From assembly GCF_018977255.1 (NCBI RefSeq), contig NW_024704743.1:33482001-33546000 (forward strand): a stretch of 64,000 nt of DNA, read 5' to 3'. Below are positions 26,283-38,972 of the stretch, in pieces; positions within the stretch are counted from its first letter, which is position 1; every line of letters begins with the position of its first letter. Under the pieces are notes generated by a model, which saw only the letters and a list, made by a program, of their open reading frames with translations, searched no databases and was not told where the DNA came from. This DNA comes from Callorhinchus milii. Its lineage: Eukaryota. The translations under genes were made by a program, and so were the position numbers.

Positions 26283-26510
26283 GTGTCCCACAAACAGTCG
26301 TGGATTGAGTGACCAAATTATTATTGTTTTTTTTAAGCTTTATTATCCCGGAAAAGCGTTCTGCCAATCGACTAACACTCAATTGTAAGGGTTCCTATTT
26401 ACTGCTCGGTAAACAGAGGCGTGTGGAGTAAGGAAACTTGCCCAACATTTTGCCCTGCCAGGAATTGAACCCTGGTCTCTCGCTTGCGAGGCGAGTGCTC
26501 TAACCAATGG
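26283..26510 (-). mobile_element. tRNA-derived SINE, long form, 3'-truncated
   Basis: Head plus the gggttcctatttactgctcggtaaacagagg central segment. Confidence 0.85.
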
Positions 26511-28649
26511 GTCCCATTATTCAATAACGGGATTGAATAAAATCCCATTTTCAAGAACGGGATCTTGAATAAAAAATTTCTTTGATCAAAAGAGCTGAAG
26601 ATTCCTTATTTAGACATTAGGGGGTTGACTCTCTGTTGTGCAATTTTATAATGCCACTAAATTTATTGATCAGCAGAGAAGCACTCTCTAAAGTGCTGCT
26701 TGTTTGTTAATATATAGTTGAGGAGGATCTGAAAGTCCTAACGGAATCACATTGGTGCACCAGCGAAACCAGGACTCCTCACTTGCTTGAAATTGTTTCC
26801 AAGCTGATAACACTTGTTCTGATTATTTTCACAAAAGTTCTCTGTTGTCAAACTCAGGCTGGTAACATAGTGTAACCTGGGGCTTGGTCTTTATTCATTA
26901 ATTACCTCTGCTTCACCATCGGTGGCTGCGCTTTCAGCCTCTACACCATGAAGCTTTGGAACTCTCTCCCTCAATTCCTCCATCTTGCCTCCTCCTTTCT
27001 CTCTTTCAGATCACGACTGAAGACCTTCCTCTTCAACCGTGCTTATAGTCACCTCCATCCTCCCCCCAGCTCAGGGTCAGGCTTCACCACTGTTAAGTGC
27101 TCCGAGACACTGCCCAGTGGAAGTTGTCGTCGTTGTTGTAAATTTCCTGGATGAACTGAAGGTGTATAAATAAGTAAACTCCGAAACACTTCTCTGAGTT
27201 TGTTCCAATGCTAGCCTCAAAGCTTGTGCATTGTGTTTTGTAGAGCAAGCATAATCCTATCTACCTTTGTGTGAGACACACTGGTGAGAGTGATGAGTGA
27301 CAATGTGATATTACACTTCTTTGTTATTAGATATTATTTCTGTCTGGGGAAAAATAACAACATCATTGATAATGAGAGACTAATCTTCCAGGAAGAATGA
27401 AGTCTTCTGCTGAGTGCGATTGTCTCCTTTACAGACATTGAACAGAGGGTTTAATTTGCTGCTACATAACAGCACAGAGCATCCTAACAGCAAGCTGCTT
27501 GACTTCACTGCATGTGGGTAGTGATGACATCAAGGTGTTGTGTGTGTGTTGATAAACTCACCATCAACACAACAACAATTTTACATTTGTATAGTGTCTT
27601 TGACTTCATGAGGACATGCCAAGGGGCTTCACAGGGAGCCCAAGCTAGGGGTGGAGGGAGCTGAGGAAGGTCAATCAGGTGTCTGATACATGTAGATACA
27701 TGTTTGTCGGCACAGACACGATGAGCTGAATGGTCCTTCTGTGCTGTATAATTCTATGATTCTATGAGGTTGGCAAGATGCAAGGCTTGGGGACCCCAGT
27801 GTATGCGTTGGGATACTGCTGGAGTCTGACCAGCCAAAACCACACAGCTTGTGGTTGAAAGTAGTGTATGGAAAGTTTCCCGCTGCATGTCCTGCTAGGA
27901 TCACCTTACCTGCTAGGGCTTTGACTTGCAGGATTAACAGGATCTTAAGGGGAAAAATCTCTGCTTCCAGTGTCCAGTCTGCCCCTTCAAGTCCTACCGA
28001 TAAGCCAGGCTGGCTGGTCGGTTATCAGCAGTACCCTGAGACTGCCACACATGGTTAACTCGATTCTGAAATTCCATTGCTGCCTTGGACCCCACTTACT
28101 TCCCCCCCGGAGGATAGTCGGGGCGAGGAAGGTGGGAAATGCCATGATGACAGTGTGGGGGTGGGGGAGGAGAAGGGTGACCAAAGTGTAGTCAAAAAAA
28201 AGGTTTAAATCAGACTTTAAAGGGTGAGAGGGATGGGACGAGGCTGTGGGACTCTGGGATGGAGTTCCAGAGAGTGAGGTCAGAATGGCTGAAAGCTCGG
28301 TGGTGGTAGAAGTAATATAGCTAACCTCCAAGTCCCTGGACTAGAAAGTGCAAACATGTCCAGAATTCCCACTGCTGGGATCTAACCAATAATGCCTGCT
28401 GGGAAAGTGCATTTATGTCACCAAAGACAGGATCAGGTTCAGCTGTGATTTATGTCCCTCAAGGAAGCATAGCCTGTCTGCCAACCACACCACAGAGGCT
28501 CACACATTCAAAATAGACACTAAGGTGAGGACAACTGGTGTCCTTGGAATGGTATCCCAGCAAGAGCCAACAAGAATAGAGGAGAAAGTTACAGGAGCAA
28601 ACAGAAAAAAAGACCATTACAGATGACTGAAATGACAATAATATTCCTA

Positions 28650-29015
28650 TAATAATCCTTTAATTTGATATAGTGCCTTGTCATTGAGATGTTCTTAAAG
28701 GTCTTCGCAGGATGCACAGTAAAGTGGATTCACTGTGTATTTCGTGGGCGAAACGCAGCAGCCAGTGTGCGCACAGCAACCTGCCACAGACAGCCATGGA
28801 GTGAGTGACCAATTTGTATCTGGGGGATTGTTGGCCAGGACACCGGAAGAAACACCCTTTTCTTTTTTAATAGTGTCATGGGACACCCCCCCCACCCCCA
28901 CCCAACTCAACAAGGCATTGGAGACTGTGTCATTCCAAATCCTGATTTGCATCTGGAACCCACAACCTTCTGGGCCCAAGAGCGAGAGTGCTACCACTGA
29001 GCCAAGCTGACCCAG
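28650..29015 (-). mobile_element. Deu-type SINE, partially deleted
   Basis: Tail, body (gcagccagtgtgcgcacagcaa; ttggccaggacaccgga) and head (gagtgctaccactgagccaagctgac). Confidence 0.75.
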
Positions 29016-32000
29016 AAATTATTTACTCCAAACTCAGCAAGGGATTACAGATGCAGGACGTATACAAGAAAATAACCACCGTTGACAAGCCTATTATGGA
29101 AGAAAGTAGAAGCATTATTATGACGTGATTTATTATTTATGAGAACAGGATTATTTTTAAACAAACTGTATATATCACGTATTGTGCCAGTATTGGAAGA
29201 GTCAAAAGATGTGTTGGCTTCCCTTGCTCAGACATTTTGCTCTCATTTTTTGTTTACTGTTATAAGGATTTCATTCCGAGACGGTTCTGCTGGCTTTTTG
29301 CACTGCTGACTGTTATTTTATTGGATGATGTTTAAAAATGAAGCAAATGAATTACAGTATATTTTTAAAAATCCTAACATTTGATGTAGCATCTTTCACA
29401 TTGGAAGGACACAACTGTTTACCTGGGAGAGTATTAATCAAAGTTTGGGTAATAATCAAAGAGTGTTCACTGGGATATTGCTGTGGTTTAACTGGCTAAA
29501 ACAGTACAGCTTGCCATTGAGAGCACTGTCTGGCAAGCTTCCCACTGCTTATCCACTTCTCACTTCTAACTGACTTAGCTCTAACTTTAAGATATATCAC
29601 TTTGCTTTGGATCCCTCTACCATGGGGACGAATCATCCATGATCTAACATGTCCAATTTCCTTCATTATTTTAAACATCTCAATCAAGTCACCCTTAACC
29701 TCCTCAACTCTAAGGAATAACAGCAACAATAATTTGCATTTATATAGCGCCCTTCACATGTGGTAGCAACTTGGAGTGCTTAAATGAAACTAAGGTGTTA
29801 TTGAACTCCTCATTGCTAGATACCTTCATCCCAGATATCTAGTTAATCAAGTCTAGCATACCCTTCCGAAGGAAAATACCTCCGATGTAGTCTAACCAGC
29901 ATCCTGTATACCTGCAACAGCACTCCCTTGCTCTATTATTCCAGACGTCTTGTTATAACAACTAGTATCCTATTAGCCGTAGTGAACTGGATGGACCCTG
30001 GATTTCTCTAAGGCTCTTCTTGCCAGCCTCCCTTTTCCAACCTTCATAAATTTCAGCTCCGGTCCAACTTCACAGCCTGTATCCCATCTCACATCAAGCT
30101 CAACATTTCTATTATTTATATCCTCCCCAGGCTCCACTACTCCCTAGTTTCGCAACAAACTGACTTAAAGATCCTTGTTTATCTTCGCATCTCTTCACAA
30201 TCTTGTCCCACCCTACCTCTCCTCTTGCCCTATTCTCCTGCATCTCTGATCTACCGTACGTTCTTGATTTCCCACGTCCCACCATTGGTGATCACATTTT
30301 CAGCCATTATGCCCCAATCTCTCGATCTCTCGTCATACATGAAAGGCCCAGCACAAGTTGTTGCTGCTGCTCTTAATTGAATAACCTTATTGATATCTAC
30401 CAGTAATTTGAGCTAGCTGTCAAAAATATGTTTCTGCTTTGAATCGTACAAACGTTAGTATAATTTGAAGTTATATGCTGTGTTTATATTGCAGAGATGC
30501 TTGGCATTGAGTCATTAATTGCAACTTACATTCCTGCACATTTCCCAGGCTCTACAAAAGGTCAACACATGGCAGTGAGCAGACACTGTGACCATTCTGG
30601 CCACCCACAACCAGAAGCAATAGTAATTGCTGGTAGCAAACATTCTTACAGCATTGCTGCCTCCACTAGCTGCTGCCTCAGTTTGGTTACAGCAGTGTCT
30701 CCGAAGGTGGGATTGCTATCAGCACAGCATGGCACTCACTGAAGGATAAAAGTGGAGAGTGAGAGAGAACAAGAAAGAAAAAAAAGAAAGAAAATTTACA
30801 GTAATTGCTATCAAATATAGTAACTGCTTTTTGTTAAAAAAAGTCGAGTCAGGCATTTGCACAAAGCAATGTTCCACAAACAGCCATGAGGTGACTGACT
30901 GATTTTATTTCGAGAATTGTTGGCCAAGATGCCAGGAGAAACTCCCTTCTCTGTTCAGATAGTGTGGTGGGATCTTTCCCGTGCAGGTAGAACAGTAAGA
31001 GGTTAACCAGTGCTTGCCGGTATGTAAATCATCTCATTAATGTGCATAGAGGAAGTAAATAGAAGGAAAATTCTGATCCTTATTCCTCACACGTCTGTGG
31101 TTAGCTATTGATACAGTTTAGCAGCTATCCACATGATTAAGTAAGGCTAATCATAATGCACACTTTCATTTAATTAATGTTTTTAAGATTCAAATTATGT
31201 TCTCCTAAACATGTGTATATTAATACTTTGCAGACAATTCCTCAGGTCCCTGTCTTGCTGAATGGGCTGCACTGCTAATCATTACAAAAATTACCATTTG
31301 AGAATGGGACTCAGGGAATTTATACCTGATGAACTGAGGGATTTTATACCCAATAAAACTATTTAACTTGCTACAATGTTCAACCTTCCACCTCCACCGC
31401 TGACTGACACACCCTGGCGCTTCATGTCATAGCAGCTTTTATGTTGCAGGACTGTCACTGAATGAAATATAATAATAATATCACTGTTACTTCTGAAGAC
31501 ATTGACTGCCGTGTCCTGAGGCAACTTATCATTCCTGCCTCCAGAGTCAGAAAGGGAGAACTTGCAATTTTATAGTATGTTATCACGTTAAAACATCTCA
31601 AAATTGTCTACAGTTCAGCAGATTGCCATGTATCCGCACATTGACTGTCTCAATGTGTTCTTAGCCATGTTGGGCTCTGTTGCAGAGGTGAAATGAAGCT
31701 GGTAAAAAAAAAGACCTAGCTACATGGTGCCAGGTTACTGGAAAAACAATTTACCCGTGCGGGTAAGTGAGTTATTCAGCAATTCATTACAGGTGCAGAG
31801 TAGGGTTAAGGTTAGGGATCAGGAGAGGCACAGAGAGAGAGCGTGTGAGAGAAAGAGAGGCAGAGAGAGAGAAATCTAAATTAAAGTCAGAGAGAAAAAA
31901 AGATTCAGAGAGAGACAGACAGAGAAAGGCTGGCACAATGGGGTAATTTAGTGATAGTATAACTCCTGATGGAAAAACTTTTAGGTTCTTTCCAACCCTG

Positions 32001-32304
32001 TTATCTAGACTTTTCATATCCAGGGGCTGGTCCCAATAGTGAGATAAACAGACTCGATTACATTTACTATCAAGCAAAGTGGCTTTTGTAGGCAAAAATG
32101 GCAACCATTTTCCACACAGTTACATAAGTACAGATAATAGTTTCTGTATGATGAGGTTAATAACCAATTTATCTTTAATGTCCACAAACAGGACCTCGGG
32201 TTAATTACTCAGCAACAGAGGGCTACCCACCACTACACCCAAATGCCAGCCTGCACTCTGAGCTCAAGTCCAGAAACGGGACTGGAACCCACAATCTTCT
32301 GGCC

Positions 32305-32700
32305 AAATGTTTGGAAAAGTCTTAAATTCAGTCTTAAATTGAAAGGCAATTAAGAAGCGCAGAAAACCAGCCTGAATTGGTAATTAGGTAATTCTGATTC
32401 AGGTGTGTGTCCCTTTAAATAAGTTTTGTTCCTGTTCACTGGGATTTTACCCAGCCCACCGCAAGCTTTTACTCAATCACCACACAACAAATGTGTTTCA
32501 AACAACCTCCAGGGGAGAAATTCCACCTGGGTGTAGATTTACTCTTTTTTCTTAGCATTTTAGAGCAAATTAGAGAATCTGGCAATTTATTGAATTCAGT
32601 CGTAAACCTGAAGCTTTCTTTTCTGCAATAAAAGAACTTGCAGAATACTGGCTTCCAAATTAAAGTCTGAATTTAAGAATTTGTCAAATTCTGGATGTTC
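32305..32700. mobile_element. Palindromic MITE-like element
   Basis: ggaaaagtcttaaattcagtcttaaattgaaaggc (~32311) is an imperfect inverted repeat of gcttccaaattaaagtctgaatttaagaatttgtc (~32651); related to 21180-21576. Confidence 0.6.
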
Positions 32701-32759
32701 TGAAATGTTTTGCTCGGGTCTTGGAGCGCTTAACAGTGGCAGAGCTTGATGTCAAACCA

Positions 32760-33375
32760 GGGGGAGCTCTGGAACACTCTTCCTCTATCCCTCCACCTTG
32801 CCTCTTCCAACCCCATCTTCAGATCGAGCCTGAACACCTTCCTTTTTGACTGTGCTTACGGTCAACTCCCCTGGCTCGGCATTGTGCTCTGCCACTGTCA
32901 AGCGCTCTGAAATGCTGCCCTGCGTGGGGTGGGTTGGGTGGTGCGATGAGCTATATAAACACAAGTTGTTGTTGTTGAAGAGGAGCGGACAGATCCAGAG
33001 AGTTCCAGACTCTCGGGGTGTAGTGATAGCAATGCTGGAGCTGAGGGGACGAGGGACCTGCAGGTGGCCGAAGCCAACTGACTAGAGGAGGGATAGAGGA
33101 GTGGGGTGTGGTCAGGTCAGAGAGATAGGGGGTTGCCAGGCCATTAAGTGATTTGTACTCAAGTGTGTGGAATTGATCAGTTCTGCAATAGGGAGCCAGT
33201 TGAAAATGGCAAGCACTGGGAGATGAGGGTGCGAAGTTTGGTGTGAGTGAGGATACAGGCATTGAATTAATTAGATTTTATGAATAATGGAGATGGGGAG
33301 AGTGGCGAGGAGGCTATTGAAAACATTGAACCGGGAGGTGATGAATCCACGGATAAGAGTTTCTACTGCCTTGAT
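32760..33375. mobile_element. Tail-to-tail L2 fragments (+ strand 32760-32976; - strand 32980-33375)
   Basis: ctctggaacactcttcc...aagttgttgttgttg, then reverse-strand L2 (EYKSLNGLATPYLSDL). Confidence 0.75.
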
Positions 33376-35533
33376 GTAAATTATTCATTTTATCTGGGGG
33401 GATTGTTGGCTCGGACACCAGGAGAAACTCCCTTCTCCTTTTAAACAATGGCAGAGGATCTTTAACGTCCACCTAAACATGCACAGACAGGACCTCGGAT
33501 TAATATCTTATTCGAAGGACAGCACCTCCTACAATGCAGTGCAGCTCCCACCCACGGCACTGTGTTGGAGGGTCAGCCTGGTTTATGAGTTCAAGTCCTG
33601 ATGTTCAAATTCAATGTCCCTACTTCAGCATTGGGAGTAATGTCCTGCCCGGTATATTATTGGCATCTGCATGACAATGAATACCACCATTGTGTTTGAA
33701 GAGTTCATCTTTAAATAGAAAAAGTACCACAATTGGCCTCACAGCCCATGGGCTGGGAAGGGGGAGGTAGTCAGGAGCCCTACCAAATGATCGCTATTTA
33801 GTCATTGTTCCTAGAATGTGAACATTGGGACATCTGTGCAAAGCCTTTACAAACCGTGCCTTCGGGCCTCCCCATACTTTGAGTGCTTTTCACCTATTGT
33901 ATCCGCTGTCAATTAGACTTTGCTGGAAGGAAACATTCCCACCTACGAGAGAGGAATAAAAGCAAGCTCTGGAAGCCGGAAGCCGGGAAAGAAAGTTACA
34001 AAGCCCAGGCAGTCAAGGAGAAGGGAGGCGGTGAGGACAGAGTGGAGACTGTGAAGGAATGTGGAGTCACTGAAGGAGAGTGGAGGTATTTTACACACTG
34101 TTTAAAGCGTTAAATTCCCCATTTTATGGAAGTGCTGCCAGAGTCACAAAGCAGGGATTTGGCAACATTCCTCATTTCCAGAGAGATTCACTGGTGCCTT
34201 TAAGTCTGGATTTAAGCCTGTCATGAAACTTTGAAATTAAAGCAAAAATTAGTAGCGGGCAGAGCGTCCTCCAATGGCCTAATTATATGGGTCACTACTG
34301 ATCTGCAGACATTTGTAGAGCAGGAACACTGTTGTAATGCTGGAAACCTCCCCAAAACCAAAGTTTGTGTGCACCCGCATCCTCTCCTCACGTAGCCCTC
34401 TCCTCTACAACCAATCTACCCTCCCATAACAGCGTGAAGTCATAGACATTCACAAACCTGCTCACACTGTATGGAGTTTGCACACATCTGTGTGTAATAC
34501 CCACCGATTCAAATACTTTTCCTTCGATTTCTCCCTTTCTCCTCTGCTGAAGATGTGGACCCATTCCTGGAATACTGTTCCACAGGAACAGACAGCCATG
34601 TGATACCTCAGCCTAAGGGCTGTTCTTTGTGTGTGATAATGGACAGGGAATTGGTGCAACCCATTTGATTGGGGGTGGGTTGGGGGAGGTGGGGGTTTAC
34701 AACCAAGCCTGGTTCTGTTCTCACCATTTATACTGTACTACCACTTACTAGTGCCTTAGTAATAGTATCAAGCGCTCTGGGATGCTATATAAATGCAAGT
34801 TTTGTTGTTGTACCTACTGTGTCCATTCCATCACCAGTGTGTCCAAGCCACCACAGTGGATCTATTGTATCCTTATGGATGGACTTGTTTTTTGTGTTTC
34901 TGCCTTCACCAGCCTCAGACACTAGACTCAATCATGTTGAATTCATGTACTACTGCTTTGTCTGCTTCTCTTTGGCAGCCTTTATCACCTTAATCACAGC
35001 TCTCTCATGCTCTCTCTCCTGTTTCGTCCCTAGCCAATGGAAAGAAAACCCAAAGGAACAGCTCAGCTAAACTACCCCAACACCTTCTCCCGCACCACCA
35101 CCACCACCACCACATACAGCCCTGCGCCACAGCTAGATGATGTTGTTTAAAGATATTGTAATTCACTAAAGATATTTTGTTACCTTGTTTATTTCCACCT
35201 TTCACTCTTCCTGAGGACGTTGATTTATGTCAGGCAACAGCTGAGTGTCAGATAGGTATTCAACCATGGGGGGGAGGGCTTCACAGCCAAGTCTGATCCT
35301 GTCCTCACATATACATACTTTCCAGCATAAGTAAGTGATGTCAACCCTGGCTGAGCCCCTCCGAAAGTGCTGGGGCCAATTGTCGTACCCCAGCCATGAC
35401 CCACGCTGAGATCAGCTCGTGGGCTGAAGAAGGTGGATTTTTTTTATTATTATAATAAATTACAGTAAATGGTCTTCAGCATTATTCTCGGCACAACTGT
35501 AAACTGTTCTTTTTGTTTGGAGTTTCTCTACTA

Positions 35534-35986
35534 TATTCACTGTAACACTGACAGTCTACCTCCTTTACCGTATTCACTGTAACACTGACAGTCTACCTGT
35601 CTTTACTCTGTTCACTGTAACACTGACAGTCTACCTCCTTTACCGTATTCACTGTAACACTGACAGTCTACCTGTCTTTACTCTGTTCACTGTAACACTG
35701 ACAGTCTACCTCCTTTACCGTATTCACTGTAACACTGACAGTCTACCTGTCTTTACTCTGTTCACTGTAACACTGACAGTCTACCTGTCTTTACCGTGTT
35801 CACTGTAACACTGACAGTCTACCTGTCTTTACCGTGTTCACTGTAACACTGACAGTCTAGCTATCTTTACCGTGTTCACTATAACACTAACAGTCTACCT
35901 ATCTTTACCATGTTCACTGTAACACTGACAGTCTATCTGTCTTTACCATGTTCACTGTAACACTGACAGTTTACCTGTGTTTGCAG
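35534..35986. repeat. 37/38-bp minisatellite, 12 units
   Basis: tRttcactgtaacactgacagtctacctgtctttaccg repeated; the first six units alternate 37- and 38-bp variants. Confidence 0.95.
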
Positions 35987-37295
35987 AGGCAGATATATAT
36001 GTTCACTTATATTTAACTGTGATGGACAAAAATAGTGATCCTTTCTCTACTAAAACGGCGCTGTGTTTAGATTCAGTGTACAAAAAAAAACCTTGTTTTC
36101 TACTGCAGTATTTTGTCTTGATAAGCAGAGGCTGAAAGATTGTGCAGTACAGAGTGGATCCATGGGGGAATGGGCGGGTTAGAATACTGTGCTTTCATGC
36201 TTGGGCATGGTTATAAATCCAATCCATAGAGATGAAGTCAGTCCCTTCACTCTGCTGGCTAATAACTCTTACCCCGCTGAATAAGCTGGGATGCCACAGC
36301 AAAAGCTGTCAGGATTGATCTGTGGGATTCAAAGTGAGGCTAGTTCGGACACTCTGCTGCAGCTTTCAGGTGGTATGTGGTCAACTTCACAGTTGGTCTT
36401 TGTCACACAGGAGCATTCTGTCAGTTGTTCAGTCAGACAGGCTCAGATCCATGTCCCCAAACACACAACTCTGTCTGCCCAGTCACCAGCTCCTCAGAGC
36501 TACGTGGGATCTTGGTAAACGACACCTACCTCTGAACACTCTCCAACATGTGTTAGATAAGTGAAAAACATCTCACCTTGAAGAGCCCAGTGGAAATCTC
36601 CAACTACCTTCCAGGGCATCTAGCCTTTGCATTGATTTTCATTAAATGCTTTCAACATACTCAAAATCTAGCATCAAATGCACTTTAAGTGAGGCCAATC
36701 TATTGGAGTATACATCATGTATTCTCCGGCCCAACATCTCATGAAGACATTGCAAGCTATGAATATAGATGAGCCTTGATGGGAAAAGGCAGTAATGCAT
36801 TTTGTATTACACAAGTGAGTTACTGTATGTACGACTGGCTTGTGACGAATGTATGTTACCACATTTGCAATGAAGTTTGCTGTTTCTTGGGACATGATGA
36901 GATAAATAGTAGTCGCAGCTATGTGTCAATGAGTAATAGCGTCACATTGCCCTGGTTGTCCGATTGGCTGAATGCTAAGGTTGGGGTCTGATTTGTGGTG
37001 CACATTTAGAGATTCCTTAAGTATCAAATATGCAGCCACCACCATAACTGATAACTCTGGTCACACAAATACATCAAGGGATATGGGGAAAGTGTTAGGA
37101 AACTGATTAATAAAGAGAAAGCTATTTACAAAAACAGGGAGAAGTGACTTAGGTACGATGGGCTGAATGGCCTCTTTCTGTCGATGTTTCTATGATAGAA
37201 CATATATTCATATAAATGGTGCTTTTTCAAACTGACGTTCGCAGGAAATGTCGTTAAGGAACATTTCCTGTGAACGTCTCTTTTTGTGGTGGACG

Positions 37296-37309
37296 GTTGC
37301 CATGGAAAC
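37296..37309. promoter_or_regulatory. RFX X-box-like motif
   Basis: gttgccatggaaac matches the RFX consensus GTNRCCATGGNAAC; lies in non-repeat DNA. Confidence 0.45.
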
Positions 37310-37384
37310 AGACACAGTCAGGCCATCCTATTGAGGAAGGAACATGAAAAATCCACTTTGCAACAAAAGTCCTTGGATAGCAAT

Positions 37385-37540
37385 AAGAAGCAGGAAACTT
37401 GGTTGACATTTCCTCTCTCCTAACTCCGGGGAGAGAGAGAGGGCTGGGTGGGTGTAGAGAAGAGGTCAAGTGTAGTTGCCCAGCTGGTGTCCTGGCTGAG
37501 AACAACTGACCCAGCATGAAACAGACCAGAGATTGTACCT
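37385..37540 (-). mobile_element. AmnSINE2-like SINE fragment
   Basis: agcaggaaacttggttgacatttcctctc...ctggctgagaacaactgacccagca...agaccagagattgtacc, the reverse of the family 5' half. Confidence 0.5.
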
Positions 37541-37607
37541 ATATCTTGCATAACTGTACAAGTCAATTTCAAACTAAGCAACTGAACCATTAGGGGAATT
37601 CTTTGTA

Positions 37608-38111
37608 AGATCATCCAGAGCTCTGCAGACCATGTCCTCTCCGCACCAGGCTCCACCATCCTATTACATCCATCCTCGCCTGGCTCCACTGGCTCCCCAT
37701 CACTCAGAGGATACAGTTCAAGTTCTTAGTCCTCACCTTCAAAGCCCTCCATGGTCTTGTTCTATGACCTCCTAACCCCTACCAACCTCTCTGCTCCTTC
37801 CGCTCAGCAGGCTCTGTCCTGCTTCACATCCCTCGCCTCGCCTGCCCCACCATTGGCGGTCGGGCCTTTAGCCTCTCTGCCCCCCTGGATCTCCATCACA
37901 CAATCCCGCTGCCTCGCGCCCCTCACTTGCCTCCTTCAAGACCCGCATCAAGACCCCCTCTTCGACCGTGCTTTCGGTCACCCTCCTACCCTCCCTGACC
38001 TCCACCCTCCTTGATCCCAACCCCCAGCTTGGCTGCGGATCCCTGACTGTCCAGCACCTTGGGAAGTCCTCCCAACGTAAAAGGCGCTATACAAATGTAA
38101 TTTGTTGTTGT
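37608..38111 (+). mobile_element. L2 3' fragment
   Basis: ctccactggctccccatcactcagaggatacagttcaag (LHWLPITQRIQFK); tail aaaggcgctatacaaatgtaatttgttgttg. Confidence 0.9.
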
Positions 38112-38129
38112 TTTCTGTGCGCATAATAT

Positions 38130-38440
38130 CATAATAATCCTTGCATTTTGATATAGCACTTTTCACATCTTCTAGATGTCTCAAAGCTCTTCATAGAATA
38201 TACAGTAAAGTGAATTGACTGTATATATTTGTGGGTGAAACACGGCAGCCAATTGCACACAGCAGTGTCCCACAAACAGTCGTGGATTGAAGTGACCAAT
38301 TTATTATTGTTTTGTTTTTTTCTTCTTGAGGGATTATTATCAGGCGTGTGAAGTAAGGAAACTTGCCCAAGGTTTCGCCGGGAATCCAACCCAGGTCTCT
38401 CAGTTGTGAGGCGAGTGCTCTAACTACTGAGCTGCAGGAT
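38130..38440 (-). mobile_element. Full-length tRNA-derived SINE
   Basis: Reverse complement of the family head, body and tail. Confidence 0.9.
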
Positions 38441-38653
38441 CATGTCATTTATTTATGTGTAATACATGATCATTGCAATTTATATAGCGTCTATCATGTC
38501 AAAATATTTCAAAGTGCTTCACAGAGATTTTCTGTAAATTGAGTAATTGTATTTATGGCGAACGGCAAAAGCATGGAAAGCAAAAGCATGTCACAAGTGA
38601 TACGTTGACACTAATGCACTGAGTGAGATATTGAAGCACATGTATAATATTCA

Positions 38654-38972
38654 GGAGTCCTGTAGCTCAGTGGTTAGAGCACTCGCTTTGCAAGCGAGAG
38701 ACCTGAGTTCAATTCCAGGCAGGGCGGAACCTTGGGCAAGTTTCCTTACTCCACACGCCTAATAATAATCCCTCCAAAACCAAAAACAATAATAAATTGG
38801 TCATTTTCATTCTACGACTGTTTGTGGACATTGCTGTGCGCATTGGCTGCCGCGTTCGCCCACAAATATACAGTTAATTCACTTTACAGTATATTCTGTG
38901 AAGCGCTTTGGGACGTCCTCCCGACGTGAAAAGCGCTATATCAAATGCAAGGATTATTATTATTATTATTAT
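38654..38972 (+). mobile_element. Full-length young tRNA-Ala-derived SINE
   Basis: Near-identical to 23709-24030. Confidence 0.95.

Noticed and set aside
35534..35986. CRISPR-like array
   Set aside because: Units are contiguous with no unique spacers, there are no cas genes, and the context is eukaryotic
37234..37286. Hairpin plus T-run as a bacterial intrinsic terminator
   Set aside because: Vertebrate-type context and no upstream gene; kept only as an unexplained hairpin
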